35,866 nt of DNA from Treponema sp. (GTDB lineage: Bacteria > Spirochaetota > Spirochaetia > Treponematales > Breznakiellaceae): positions 1-35,866 of the forward strand of contig JAIRUY010000139.1 of assembly GCA_031254175.1 (NCBI GenBank), read 5' to 3'. Under the pieces are notes generated by a model. The model saw only the letters and a program-made list of their open reading frames with translations, was not told where the DNA came from and made no database searches. Positions 1-8,801 of the stretch are shown in pieces (positions within the stretch are counted from its first letter, which is position 1; each line of letters starts with the position of its first letter). The position numbers were made by a program, and so were the translations under genes.

Positions 1-174
1 ACTATTGCCACTCTCGATAATATTGATAAAAATGTTCGCCAGGAAATTTACAGCGCTGCTGCCAGAAAGGTGAGAGAATTGCTGCCGGTATATTTTCCGG
101 AAAGAGAACTGTCTGTTGAACGTGACGGAATCCATTATAAAATAAAAGGCGATTTCAGTCTGGGGAACAGATAA
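1..174 (+). CDS. 3' end of a hypothetical protein (truncated by window edge)
   Basis: Frame +1 is open from base 1 (TIATLDNIDKNVRQEIYSAAARKVRELLP...) to TAA at 172-174; convergent with parE. Confidence 0.6.
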   Translation, partial: TIATLDNIDKNVRQEIYSAAARKVRELLPVYFPERELSVERDGIHYKIKGDFSLGNR

Positions 175-185
175 TATTACCCGGT

Positions 186-2195
186 CTATCCCGCATCCTC
201 AATTAAATTTTTCATGATATATTCCCGGCGCTCGGGAGTGTTTTTACCCATGTAGAAATTCAGTACCTGGGGAACTGCCTTGAGGGTGTTAACCGACACC
301 GGTACAAGCCGGATATTTTCACCGATAAATTGACCGAACTCCTTGGGGCTGATTTCACCCAGGCCCTTAAAGCGGGTTATCTCGCTTTGGTTTCCCAGAG
401 CGGCAACTGCTTCGTCGCGCTCCTTTTCCGAATAGCAGTAGCGGGTTTCTTTTTTGGTTCGTACCCGGAACAGCGGCGTTTCAAGAATATAAATTCGCCC
501 AGCACTAACAAGTTCCTCAAAAAATGATAGAAAAAATGTTAACAAAAGATTGCGTATATGAAAGCCGTCAAAATCGGCATCGGTGGCAATAACTATTTTC
601 GCATAACGCAGGCCCGAAACATCGTTTTCTATGCCTAGCGCCATCATCATGTTAAAAAGTTCTTCGTTTTTGTATATCGAAGTACGTTTTTTGCCGTAAA
701 CATTTTCTACCTTGCCGCGAAGCGCAAATATTGCCTGTGTCATCACATCACGGCTGGATACAATTGATCCTGCCGCCGAATCGCCTTCTGTGATAAATAT
801 TGTGGATAATTCCCCATCCGCGCCGTCTTCAAGATGGAACTTGCAATCCTTAAGCTTTGGAATTTTAAGAGCGATTTTTTTCGCAGCCTCCCGCGCTTCT
901 TTCTTGACGGCGTTAAGTTCCGTACGCAGGCTTTCGTTTGCGATTATTTTCTGCTCAAGTTTTTTGCCTGCTTCAGGGTTTTTATGCAGCCAGTCTTCCA
1001 CAGCGTTTCGTGTTTCCTGAACAACCCATGCGCGAATATCCGAATTACCGAGTTTATTTTTGGTCTGACTTTCAAAAACCGGATTTTTCAGCTTTATCGC
1101 TATTGCGGCAATTGTTCCTTCACGCACGTCCTCGCTGCGGTAATCTTTTTTATAATAGGTCTGAATGCCCTTTAAAAAACCTTCTTTAAAGGCGGACAGG
1201 TGAGTTCCGCCGTCCGAAGTATACTGGCCGTTTACAAATGAAAAATATTCTTCGCCGTAATTGTTTGTATGGGTAAAGGCAAGTTCAAGCATCCCTCCGG
1301 GCTGCTGCCCGTTAGGTGAATGTTCGCTGCGATAATATCCGAGCGGATACAGGCAGCCATCGCCGGTTTCTTCGTACAGAAGATCGTAAAGCCCCCGTTT
1401 GGACTGATACTGTTTGCCGTTAAACGACAGGATAAGGCCGGCGTTAAGATACGAATAATTTTGCATGCGCTTTTCGATAAATTCAGGATTAAAAATATAA
1501 TCTTTGAATATTTCCGGATCCGGCGTAAATTCAACAAGAGTTCCGTCCTTTACTTTTTCCTTTAATTTACCTTTGCGATCAATTTTTAATTTGCCTCTTT
1601 CAAAAATCGCCTCGGCAAATTCTCCGTTACGGACGGCAACCACCCTGAAATGTATTGAAAGTGCGTTTACCGCCTTAGTGCCGACTCCGTTAAGGCCGAC
1701 AGAAAACTGAAACACATCATCGTTGTACTTTGCTCCGGTGTTGATCACAGAAACACATTCAACAAGTTTGCCTAGCGGAATACCCCGCCCGAAATCACGC
1801 ACCTTTACCAGAGCTTTTCCCGTTTTATCAATATCCTTTACGGCTACGTCAATAAGTTTTCCGTTACCCATGATAAACTCGTCAACGCCGTTGTCGATTA
1901 TTTCCTTTAAGAGAACATATATACCGTCATTGGGATTGGAACCATCGCCTAACCGCCCGATATACATACCTGTTCTCAAACGTATGTGTTCGAGCGAAGA
2001 CAGTGTTTTTATTTTTGATTCGTCATATACATGAGTTTTGGAAGGCGAAACCTGCCTTGTTTTGGTTTCAGAGGATTTTGCCGCTCCGGTTTTGGCTTTT
2101 ACTGCCTTGGCCGGAACGGCTTTTTTAGCCTTGGCATGTTTAGCCGCCGCCTTCGGTTTGGGCTTTGTCTTTTTTACATTTTTTTTAACTGCCAC
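186..2195 (-). CDS. parE: DNA topoisomerase IV subunit B (GyrB/ParE family) with Lys/Ala-rich N-terminal extension
   Basis: GHKL motifs (EIIDNGVDE, DFGRGIP, GLNGVGTKAVN), TOPRIM motifs TEGDSA, ALRGK, IATDADFDG, and RFKGLGE; short length lacking the GyrB insert; GTG start with GGGAG upstream. Confidence 0.85.
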   Translation of the reverse strand: MAVKKNVKKTKPKPKAAAKHAKAKKAVPAKAVKAKTGAAKSSETKTRQVSPSKTHVYDESKIKTLSSLEHIRLRTGMYIGRLGDGSNPNDGIYVLLKEIIDNGVDEFIMGNGKLIDVAVKDIDKTGKALVKVRDFGRGIPLGKLVECVSVINTGAKYNDDVFQFSVGLNGVGTKAVNALSIHFRVVAVRNGEFAEAIFERGKLKIDRKGKLKEKVKDGTLVEFTPDPEIFKDYIFNPEFIEKRMQNYSYLNAGLILSFNGKQYQSKRGLYDLLYEETGDGCLYPLGYYRSEHSPNGQQPGGMLELAFTHTNNYGEEYFSFVNGQYTSDGGTHLSAFKEGFLKGIQTYYKKDYRSEDVREGTIAAIAIKLKNPVFESQTKNKLGNSDIRAWVVQETRNAVEDWLHKNPEAGKKLEQKIIANESLRTELNAVKKEAREAAKKIALKIPKLKDCKFHLEDGADGELSTIFITEGDSAAGSIVSSRDVMTQAIFALRGKVENVYGKKRTSIYKNEELFNMMMALGIENDVSGLRYAKIVIATDADFDGFHIRNLLLTFFLSFFEELVSAGRIYILETPLFRVRTKKETRYCYSEKERDEAVAALGNQSEITRFKGLGEISPKEFGQFIGENIRLVPVSVNTLKAVPQVLNFYMGKNTPERREYIMKNLIEDAG

Positions 2196-2218
2196 GATTA
2201 GCTTTCTCCCATAAGCAT

Positions 2219-3334
2219 TTACAATTGTTTTTCCAGTTCTGTAATAAAGTTTTCAGCATCATGGATGCTTTTTCCAAGATCCTTGATAGTATGCTCAAGA
2301 TCGGCTATGCGATCCTTTTTTTCCTGAATTGATTTTTTGTATTTTTCTATTTTGTTTTTTTCTTCATCAATGGAAATGGACGCTCTCAGTTTTCCGATAG
2401 CTTTTTCATTATCAAAAATAGCCTGATTCAATCTGGCAGCCCTGCCGATAGTTTCCCCGTCTTCAGCAGTAACAATGGTATCAATAAAATATTTCCGCTC
2501 AGGCTTGTCAATATCCAAAATCCCTGAAGCCTGCGAGCCGAAATTTCTGTACAGCTTGCGGAGTTCTTCCCTGTTTTCCGTTATGTGATTTTTTATCGTT
2601 TGAATCTGTTTCTGGGGATTACCGTCAATGCCAAATCCGGCGGAAATAATGCGTTTTTCATCCTTTAGTTTTAAAATTTCATCCGCGGCCGAACGTGATT
2701 TTTTACGAAGGTTGTCAATTTCCTCACGTATTGCAGTTACTCCATCATCATGCGAAACAAAACCAAGACTTGAAAGTTGTTCTCCGGCGCTCTGATAAAG
2801 CTGTTCCTGATTTTCCTGCGCCTTTGATAAAAATGATTTCAGCACCAGCCCCTGCGCGCTTTTCCCTATCCACGAAAAAACATTACCTTTCTCCTTGCCG
2901 TCAAGTTCATTGATACGGGCTTCAAGGGATTCAAGTTTTGCCGCAAGAGCATTTGCCTGTTCTCTGAAAGCGGAGGTAGAGTCATTGTAGTCATTGTTTT
3001 CAAGCATAGCCTTGCCCAGCTTCCGGTAAATGCCTGACAATTCCCTTGCCCTTTCTTTTTCTTCCTGTTCTTTTACTTCGATTGATTCCTCAAGTTCCTT
3101 AAAACGGCGGCTCTTTTCTTCCACTCTGGCAATTGCGGCGTTGGAATCGGCTATATCCCGCAGAAGATCATTGTACTGGCTAATATCCTCAAAATTTGCC
3201 TGAAGATCCGTTTCCAGGTTCTTTGAACGGGAATAAAGATTTTCACCAAAGTTTTCCAGCAAAGTGTCCAGTGAACTCCGGTTTTCCTGATTATTCTTTA
3301 AAAGGTCATCTATTCTCTTTTTTCTGTCATCCAT
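2219..3334 (-). CDS. hypothetical coiled-coil protein with internal ~77-aa periodicity
   Basis: 371-aa ORF rich in E/K/L/Q heptads; probably co-transcribed with parE (23-bp gap). Confidence 0.75.
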   Translation of the reverse strand: MDDRKKRIDDLLKNNQENRSSLDTLLENFGENLYSRSKNLETDLQANFEDISQYNDLLRDIADSNAAIARVEEKSRRFKELEESIEVKEQEEKERARELSGIYRKLGKAMLENNDYNDSTSAFREQANALAAKLESLEARINELDGKEKGNVFSWIGKSAQGLVLKSFLSKAQENQEQLYQSAGEQLSSLGFVSHDDGVTAIREEIDNLRKKSRSAADEILKLKDEKRIISAGFGIDGNPQKQIQTIKNHITENREELRKLYRNFGSQASGILDIDKPERKYFIDTIVTAEDGETIGRAARLNQAIFDNEKAIGKLRASISIDEEKNKIEKYKKSIQEKKDRIADLEHTIKDLGKSIHDAENFITELEKQL

Positions 3335-3341
3335 AAGATTA

Positions 3342-3369
3342 ATAATACGTTATTTTGAAATAATTGCAA
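3342..3369 (-). promoter_or_regulatory. putative sigma-70 promoter, probably leaderless transcript
   Basis: Minus strand TTGCAA-16 nt-TATTAT, 7 nt before ATG at 3334; no SD. Confidence 0.45.
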
Positions 3370-3447
3370 ATGCCTAAAGCACGCAAATGTATTGTGTTTT
3401 TTTCGCTTTTTCTATATTATTCAACCATAAACAATACAGGAGATATT

Positions 3448-5286
3448 ATGAATGTTAACGAACTAAAACATGCAAAGTTAAAAAAATGGGTTGAAGACGC
3501 GGTTGCCCTGATGACTCCCGATTCGGTAGAAATCTGTGACGGCAGCAAAGCGGAATACGACAAATGTATTAAAATTTTGGTAGACGCAAAGCTTGGCACC
3601 CCGTTGAAAAAACGGCCAAACAGCTATCTGTTCCGTTCTGATCCTTCGGATGTAGCTCGTGCGGAAAGCCGAACCTTTATTGCCAGCAAAAACAAAGACG
3701 ATGCCGGTCCGTCAAACTACTGGAGAGACCCGGCAGAGCTGAAAAAAACAATGAGCGAACAATACAAGGGTTGTATGAAGGGCCGTACAATGTACGTTAT
3801 TCCCTTCTCAATGGGACCTGTTGGTTCAGATATTGCCAAAATCGGCGTTGAAATCTCTGATTCCCCTTATGTTGTAGTAAATATGCATATAATGACCAGA
3901 GTAGGTTCCAAAGTTTTGGATGTTCTTGGCTCTGACGGTTTCTTTGTCCCTTGTCTCCATTCAATTGCAAAACCACTTGGCCCCGGAGAAAGCGACAACG
4001 GCAAATGGCCGTGCGAACCGGATGTTGAAAAAAAATTCATCAGCCACTTCCCCGATACATACGAAATCTGGTCTTACGGCTCAGGTTACGGCGGAAATGC
4101 CTTGCTTGGCAAAAAGTGCCTTGCCCTGCGTATCGCGTCTGTATTGGCAAGAGACGAAGGCTGGCTGGCAGAACACATGCTTATTTTAAAAATAACCAAC
4201 CCCAAGGGCGAGGTGAAGTATATCGCCGGAGCCCTGCCATCGGCCTGCGGCAAAACAAATCTTGCCATGCTTGTCCCAACCCTGCCCAACTGGAAAGTTG
4301 AAACAATCGGCGATGATATTGCATGGATGAAATTCGGCGCAGACGGCCGCCTTTATGCGATTAATCCTGAAGCCGGTTTCTTCGGCGTTGCTCCCGGAAC
4401 AAGCGATCACTCCAATTACAATGCAATGCAGTCAATTAAGGAAAACTCAATATTTACAAACTGCGGTCTTACGGAAGACGGCGATGTCTGGTGGGAGCAG
4501 ATTGGCCACGGCGCACCCGGCAAAACAATCATCGACTGGCACGGAAAAGAAAAACCCGCTCCCCAGACTGACAAAGCGGTAAAGGGAGAAGAAATCGCCC
4601 ATGCCAACGCACGCTTTACCGCTCCCGCAAAACAGTGCCCCTGTATAGCGGCGGAATGGGAAGATCCAAAAGGTGTGCCTATCAGCGCATTCCTGTTCGG
4701 CGGCAGACGCGCGGCAACAATTCCTCTTGTAAACCAGAGTAAGGGCTGGCTTCATGGCGTATTCATGGGTTCAATCACCGGTTCAGAAATCACCGCCGCC
4801 GCGCTTGACCTCAAGGAAGGAAGCGTCCGCCGCGACCCGTTTGCCATGCTGCCTTTCTGCGGCTATCACATGGGCGACTATTTTAAACACTGGCTTAAGC
4901 TTGGCAAAAAAGCCGAAAATGAAGGCCATGGCGATAAACTGCCGAAGATTTTCTTTGTTAACTGGTTCCGCAAAGACAAAGAAGGGCACTTCATGTGGCC
5001 CGGTTACGGCGAAAACTCCCGCGTACTTGCGTGGGTATTCGACCGCTGTGAAGGAAAAGACAACTTCGTTGAAACCGCTATCGGCAATCTGCCAAAAGCA
5101 GGTTCTATTGAACCGCCCGCAGGCGTAAGCGCTGAAGTAATGGCTGAACTTTGCTCAGTAGACAAGGAAGGCTGGAGAAACGAAATCGCCGATGTGCGTG
5201 AAAATCATTATTCAAAATACGGCGACAGGCTTCCAAAAGAGCTGTATGTCGAGCTTGACATCATTGAAAAAGAATTAAACGCATAA
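3448..5286 (+). CDS. pckG: phosphoenolpyruvate carboxykinase (GTP)
   Basis: [47 protein letters not shown] motifs; start set at ATG 3448 after CAGGAG SD (the ORF-track start at 3364 overextends). Confidence 0.95.
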   Translation: MNVNELKHAKLKKWVEDAVALMTPDSVEICDGSKAEYDKCIKILVDAKLGTPLKKRPNSYLFRSDPSDVARAESRTFIASKNKDDAGPSNYWRDPAELKKTMSEQYKGCMKGRTMYVIPFSMGPVGSDIAKIGVEISDSPYVVVNMHIMTRVGSKVLDVLGSDGFFVPCLHSIAKPLGPGESDNGKWPCEPDVEKKFISHFPDTYEIWSYGSGYGGNALLGKKCLALRIASVLARDEGWLAEHMLILKITNPKGEVKYIAGALPSACGKTNLAMLVPTLPNWKVETIGDDIAWMKFGADGRLYAINPEAGFFGVAPGTSDHSNYNAMQSIKENSIFTNCGLTEDGDVWWEQIGHGAPGKTIIDWHGKEKPAPQTDKAVKGEEIAHANARFTAPAKQCPCIAAEWEDPKGVPISAFLFGGRRAATIPLVNQSKGWLHGVFMGSITGSEITAAALDLKEGSVRRDPFAMLPFCGYHMGDYFKHWLKLGKKAENEGHGDKLPKIFFVNWFRKDKEGHFMWPGYGENSRVLAWVFDRCEGKDNFVETAIGNLPKAGSIEPPAGVSAEVMAELCSVDKEGWRNEIADVRENHYSKYGDRLPKELYVELDIIEKELNA

Positions 5287-5303
5287 CAAACAGACTTTGC
5301 AAA

Positions 5304-5340
5304 GAAAGAGCGCGTGGTTTTTAAACTACGCGCTTTTTTT
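5304..5340. terminator. intrinsic terminator, probably bidirectional
   Basis: AGCGCGTGGTTT/AAACTACGCGCT stem followed by a T-run and preceded by an A-rich run, between convergent genes. Confidence 0.85.
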
Positions 5341-5365
5341 ATTATAGTTGTGGTTAAATAAGCCT

Positions 5366-6379
5366 TTAATTACCTACCGTCTGGCGGTGAAGTTCGCGGT
5401 TCAGCATTGTCAGAATAAGTACGGTTCCAACCGGCAGTCTGTAGGGAACAGTAAATTCTCCGCCCATGTAACTGACTGAAAATAACCTCTGCCGCTCAGT
5501 TGAGGGAAGCAAAGCTTCAAGGCGGACTTCCAGAGGATAGGGATTTTCCGGTATAGAGTATCTAAAAATCCCGAAGATTTCATTACGTTCAAGTCTTTCC
5601 GGATTCGTTACTGTCAATTGAACAATCGTATTGATGGAAGCCTCTGTATCTGCCGGAGGACTTTGAGAAACTACGGTTTCTCCTCTTTCATTCCCAATTC
5701 TTTCCCTTGCTGTAAAATGGAAATTAATTCCGGTGGAAGAAATCAATTCCAGCGTTTCTGAAATATTCATTCCTGTTAATTGAGGGACTGCAACCGTGGT
5801 ATTTTCCCGTCCTCTGCTTACAACAAATTCCAGTGTTAAAGGCCCGGAAATATCTGTTCCCGGCTCCGGCTTTTGAGCAAGAATAGTTCCCGGATTTTCC
5901 GGAGAAAATTCATACATCAGCGGTTCTCTGATTGACAGCAGAGGAGAGCCGCCCGCAGATGTGTAAACCGTCTGCAAATCCATCCTTACGTCATCAATCC
6001 TGCGTCCGATAAAATTATCAACCTTGTTTACAATAACACCCTGACTGACAACAAGGCGGACACGCCGGCCTGCTTTTACAATGGTTCCCGGTCTTGGATC
6101 CTGTTCCAGAATCAACCCCTTGTCCAAAGAAGTTTGCGAATAACGAAGGTTAATGCGGGGATAAAGTTCCTTTACCTGCAATTCAAGCAAAGCTTCGGTT
6201 AATTCCTTGCCGACTACATTTGGAACCATGGTCTGCTCTTCACCGCGCACAGCAATAAAAAAAACAGAAACCGCAATAATCCCTACAAAAACCAACAGGC
6301 CAGCTACCGCTATGATAAATAACCTTAAGTGATTGGCTACATAATCTTCTATTGAACTTAAATCAAGTCTTAAACCCAT
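5366..6379 (-). CDS. membrane-anchored PASTA-domain protein (about 3 PASTA repeats, no kinase domain)
   Basis: N-terminal TM helix; repeats VPNVVG...ILEQDPRPG...LVVSQG, ILAQKPEPG, VPQLTG...VVSQSPPA; last gene of the def-fmt operon. Confidence 0.85.
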   Translation of the reverse strand: MGLRLDLSSIEDYVANHLRLFIIAVAGLLVFVGIIAVSVFFIAVRGEEQTMVPNVVGKELTEALLELQVKELYPRINLRYSQTSLDKGLILEQDPRPGTIVKAGRRVRLVVSQGVIVNKVDNFIGRRIDDVRMDLQTVYTSAGGSPLLSIREPLMYEFSPENPGTILAQKPEPGTDISGPLTLEFVVSRGRENTTVAVPQLTGMNISETLELISSTGINFHFTARERIGNERGETVVSQSPPADTEASINTIVQLTVTNPERLERNEIFGIFRYSIPENPYPLEVRLEALLPSTERQRLFSVSYMGGEFTVPYRLPVGTVLILTMLNRELHRQTVGN

Positions 6380-6391
6380 AATGCCTCTCTA

Positions 6392-7369
6392 CTACCCTAA
6401 TATTGAACCGGGAAAATCCCGAGTTCCATTGAGAAAATCCCGCCAGAAAAGCGCTTTTTTCGCGCTGTACTGCAGCTCTGTTACAGCCAGAATTCCCTCT
6501 CCTGTTTGTACCAGTATACCATCTTTTTTGTCTATTCCCAGAACCAATCCCTGCCGGCTTTCCGCCCTCTGTTCATCCTTAAAAACATCTGCTTTCAATA
6601 TAAATAATTCACGCCCGTTATGAATAGTCCTGCAAAGCGGCCACGGGTCAAAAGCGCGGATTTTAGCTTCAATTTTTACCGCGCTTTCTTTCCAGTCAAT
6701 GAGTCCGTCATCTCTTGAAATCAGGGAACAATAGCTTGCCTTGCTGTGATCCTGCGCCTTCCCCTGGCCGCCTGTTTTAATTTTATTCAATACCGCAGGC
6801 AGCATCAACGCCGCCTTCCCGGCAATTGTTTCACTGAGCATACCTGTAGTTTCCTTACCCGTTAGCTGCAAATGTTCCGCCGCCAGAATATCTCCCCCGT
6901 CCATTTCCTGCGCCAGATACTGTATTGTTATACCGGTTACAGAGTCCCTGTTTAAAATCGCAGATTGTACCGGCGTGGGACCCCTGTATTTTGGAAGCAG
7001 GCTTGGATGGATATTTATCCCGCTGTACGGAAACAACGCCATAAATTTCGGGCCGAAAAACCGTCCGAACGCAAACGAAACAAGCAGATCGATCTTTAAT
7101 GCGCCGATCTGTTCCCGGAAAAAAGCATCAATTTTCAGCGGCTTTAAAACAGGGAACAGCGGCCTGCCCTGCTCTTTAAATTGCAGCAAAATCCTTTCGG
7201 CTGCCTGCCCAACTTCTGTCGGCAGCGGAGCGCCATGCCTGCCTTTTGGACTATCAGGATTGGTAAGTACGCCGGAAAGTTCAACGCCTTCTTTTTGACA
7301 AAGACGGCTGCAAAGCATTTCCAGAGAAGGAACAGCAATGGCAGGGCTTCCGGCAAATAAAATCCTCAT
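6392..7369 (-). CDS. fmt: methionyl-tRNA formyltransferase
   Basis: MRILFAGSP, INIHPSLLPKYRGPTP, MDGGDI, IRAFDPWP; 4-bp overlap with def. Confidence 0.95.
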   Translation of the reverse strand: MRILFAGSPAIAVPSLEMLCSRLCQKEGVELSGVLTNPDSPKGRHGAPLPTEVGQAAERILLQFKEQGRPLFPVLKPLKIDAFFREQIGALKIDLLVSFAFGRFFGPKFMALFPYSGINIHPSLLPKYRGPTPVQSAILNRDSVTGITIQYLAQEMDGGDILAAEHLQLTGKETTGMLSETIAGKAALMLPAVLNKIKTGGQGKAQDHSKASYCSLISRDDGLIDWKESAVKIEAKIRAFDPWPLCRTIHNGRELFILKADVFKDEQRAESRQGLVLGIDKKDGILVQTGEGILAVTELQYSAKKALFWRDFLNGTRDFPGSILG

Positions 7370-7869
7370 TTAAAGGCATTTTCTCCCTTGCCGCTTATTT
7401 TCTCAAATTTCTCGATGAGTTTTTTCTTTTTATTTTCAGGCAGATAATCCAGAAAAAGAACACCTTCAAGATGATCGTATTCGTGCTGAATGACCCGCGC
7501 CAAAAGCCCTGATGCTTCAAGGGTAAAGGGACGGCCTTTTTCATTCCATGCATGAATTTTTACCGATTCGGAGCGGATTACATTTGCGTAAACACCCGGA
7601 ACGGAAAGACAGCCTTCTTCATACTTGCATGTTTCATGGGAAGTTTCCAGAATTGACGGATTTATAAAAACCCGCTCTGTATCATTCTGGATATGTACCA
7701 CAAAAATGCGCTTCATAATCCCGATTTGCGGTCCGGCAAGCCCTACCCCTTTATCTTTTACTAAAATTTCCAGCATTTGTTTTTTTATATTCAACGTTTC
7801 TTCATCAAATTTATCAATTTTATCCGCTTTTTGCCTTAAAAGCTCACTGCCAAGAGTAATAATTTGCAT
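7366..7869 (-). CDS. def: peptide deformylase
   Basis: GVGLAGPQIG, EGCLS, QHEYDHLEG motifs. Confidence 0.97.
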   Translation of the reverse strand: MQIITLGSELLRQKADKIDKFDEETLNIKKQMLEILVKDKGVGLAGPQIGIMKRIFVVHIQNDTERVFINPSILETSHETCKYEEGCLSVPGVYANVIRSESVKIHAWNEKGRPFTLEASGLLARVIQHEYDHLEGVLFLDYLPENKKKKLIEKFEKISGKGENAFK

Positions 7870-7875
7870 TTATCC

Positions 7876-7904
7876 AGTTTACTAAAAATCCGCCTTATCA
7901 TCAA
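7876..7904 (-). promoter_or_regulatory. sigma-70 promoter for def-fmt-PASTA, leaderless geometry
   Basis: Minus strand TTGATG-17 nt-TAAACT, 6 nt before ATG 7869. Confidence 0.55.
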
Positions 7905-7930
7905 TAAGCAGTTTTTACAGGTTCTTTACA

Positions 7931-7960
7931 TTGACGTTATGAGCCCTTTTAGTTTATATT
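7931..7960 (+). promoter_or_regulatory. sigma-70 promoter for the PilZ gene, leaderless geometry
   Basis: TTGACG-18 nt-TATATT, 7 nt before ATG 7968; no SD. Confidence 0.5.
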
Positions 7961-7967
7961 ATATTGA

Positions 7968-8801
7968 ATGGGATTAGTTACCAGCCAGAAAATTTCGGCT
8001 TACTATGAGCGCTTTAAAGATATTTCTGTAACCTTTACCAAAGAAATAATACAGGTTACAGGGCTTTTAACACAGCAAATTCATCTCAAATGCGGAAACG
8101 ATTTTTGGCCGTGTGTAGTCTATGCCGCCTCTTTTGAAAGCGCAAAAGTTGTAGCGAATGTTAAAACAGGACTGCTGGGCAAACTTCAAGCCGCCAATAA
8201 TCTCGTAAGCCTTCGCTTTTGCTTCAGGCCTGCGGGAGAAACAAACGCGGTTACATTTTTTATAGCCGGCCGTGTCCTTGCAAGCGCACCTTACGGCACT
8301 TCTGCGGATGTAAACATGTTTACAATCCAGTTCTCTAACCGGCCGCCCGATGACTTTATTGAAATCATGGGACGTATTCTGGATGCCAATGTAAATTCCG
8401 CCAAACGCAAAGATATGAGGATACCTATAACTGCTGACAGTATGCGCAAGTTAAACATTCTGTCGTCTGAAAGCGCGGTTTTTATTGAAAGAGTCCCGCG
8501 CCGCTGTATTTTAAGGGATCTTTCTTTTTCAGGTTCCAAGATAATAATGATGGGCGTGGCAAAATTCCTGATTGATAAAGATGCGTCATTACGTGTCGAT
8601 TTTAACGACCCCAGAGAAATTTTTACAATTAAGGGAAAGTTTATCCGCGCGGAAGAAGTCGAAGGAAAAAAAGAAATGGTTGCTCTTGGCATACAATTTG
8701 ACGAAGCTCTGGTTCCCATGGGTTACAAAATAAGGCTTAATGATATGCTTTCTTCAACCCGTGCGGATTTCCGCGGCGCATCGGATGAAAATAACCCCTA
8801 A
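7968..8801 (+). CDS. plzA: c-di-GMP-binding PilZ protein, spirochete PlzA type (two-barrel architecture)
   Basis: C-terminal PilZ with RxxxR (RKDMR) and DxSxxG (DLSFSG); N-terminal beta-rich domain; size matches Borrelia PlzA-type proteins. Confidence 0.75.
   Translation: MGLVTSQKISAYYERFKDISVTFTKEIIQVTGLLTQQIHLKCGNDFWPCVVYAASFESAKVVANVKTGLLGKLQAANNLVSLRFCFRPAGETNAVTFFIAGRVLASAPYGTSADVNMFTIQFSNRPPDDFIEIMGRILDANVNSAKRKDMRIPITADSMRKLNILSSESAVFIERVPRRCILRDLSFSGSKIIMMGVAKFLIDKDASLRVDFNDPREIFTIKGKFIRAEEVEGKKEMVALGIQFDEALVPMGYKIRLNDMLSSTRADFRGASDENNP

Noticed and set aside
330-2034. Many 60-150 aa ORFs antisense to or nested in long genes here and throughout the window
   Set aside because: Shadow ORFs of conserved genes with no recognisable motifs.
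3364-3447. Longest-ORF N-terminal extensions (also 16739, 21931, 24212, 28203, 29404, 32174, 34460)
   Set aside because: Downstream starts have SD motifs and match family N-termini.
8798-8801. Convergent stop-codon overlap plzA/lon (and ald/membrane gene at 33509-33516) as antisense regulation
   Set aside because: Short convergent overlaps are common in compact genomes; no further support.
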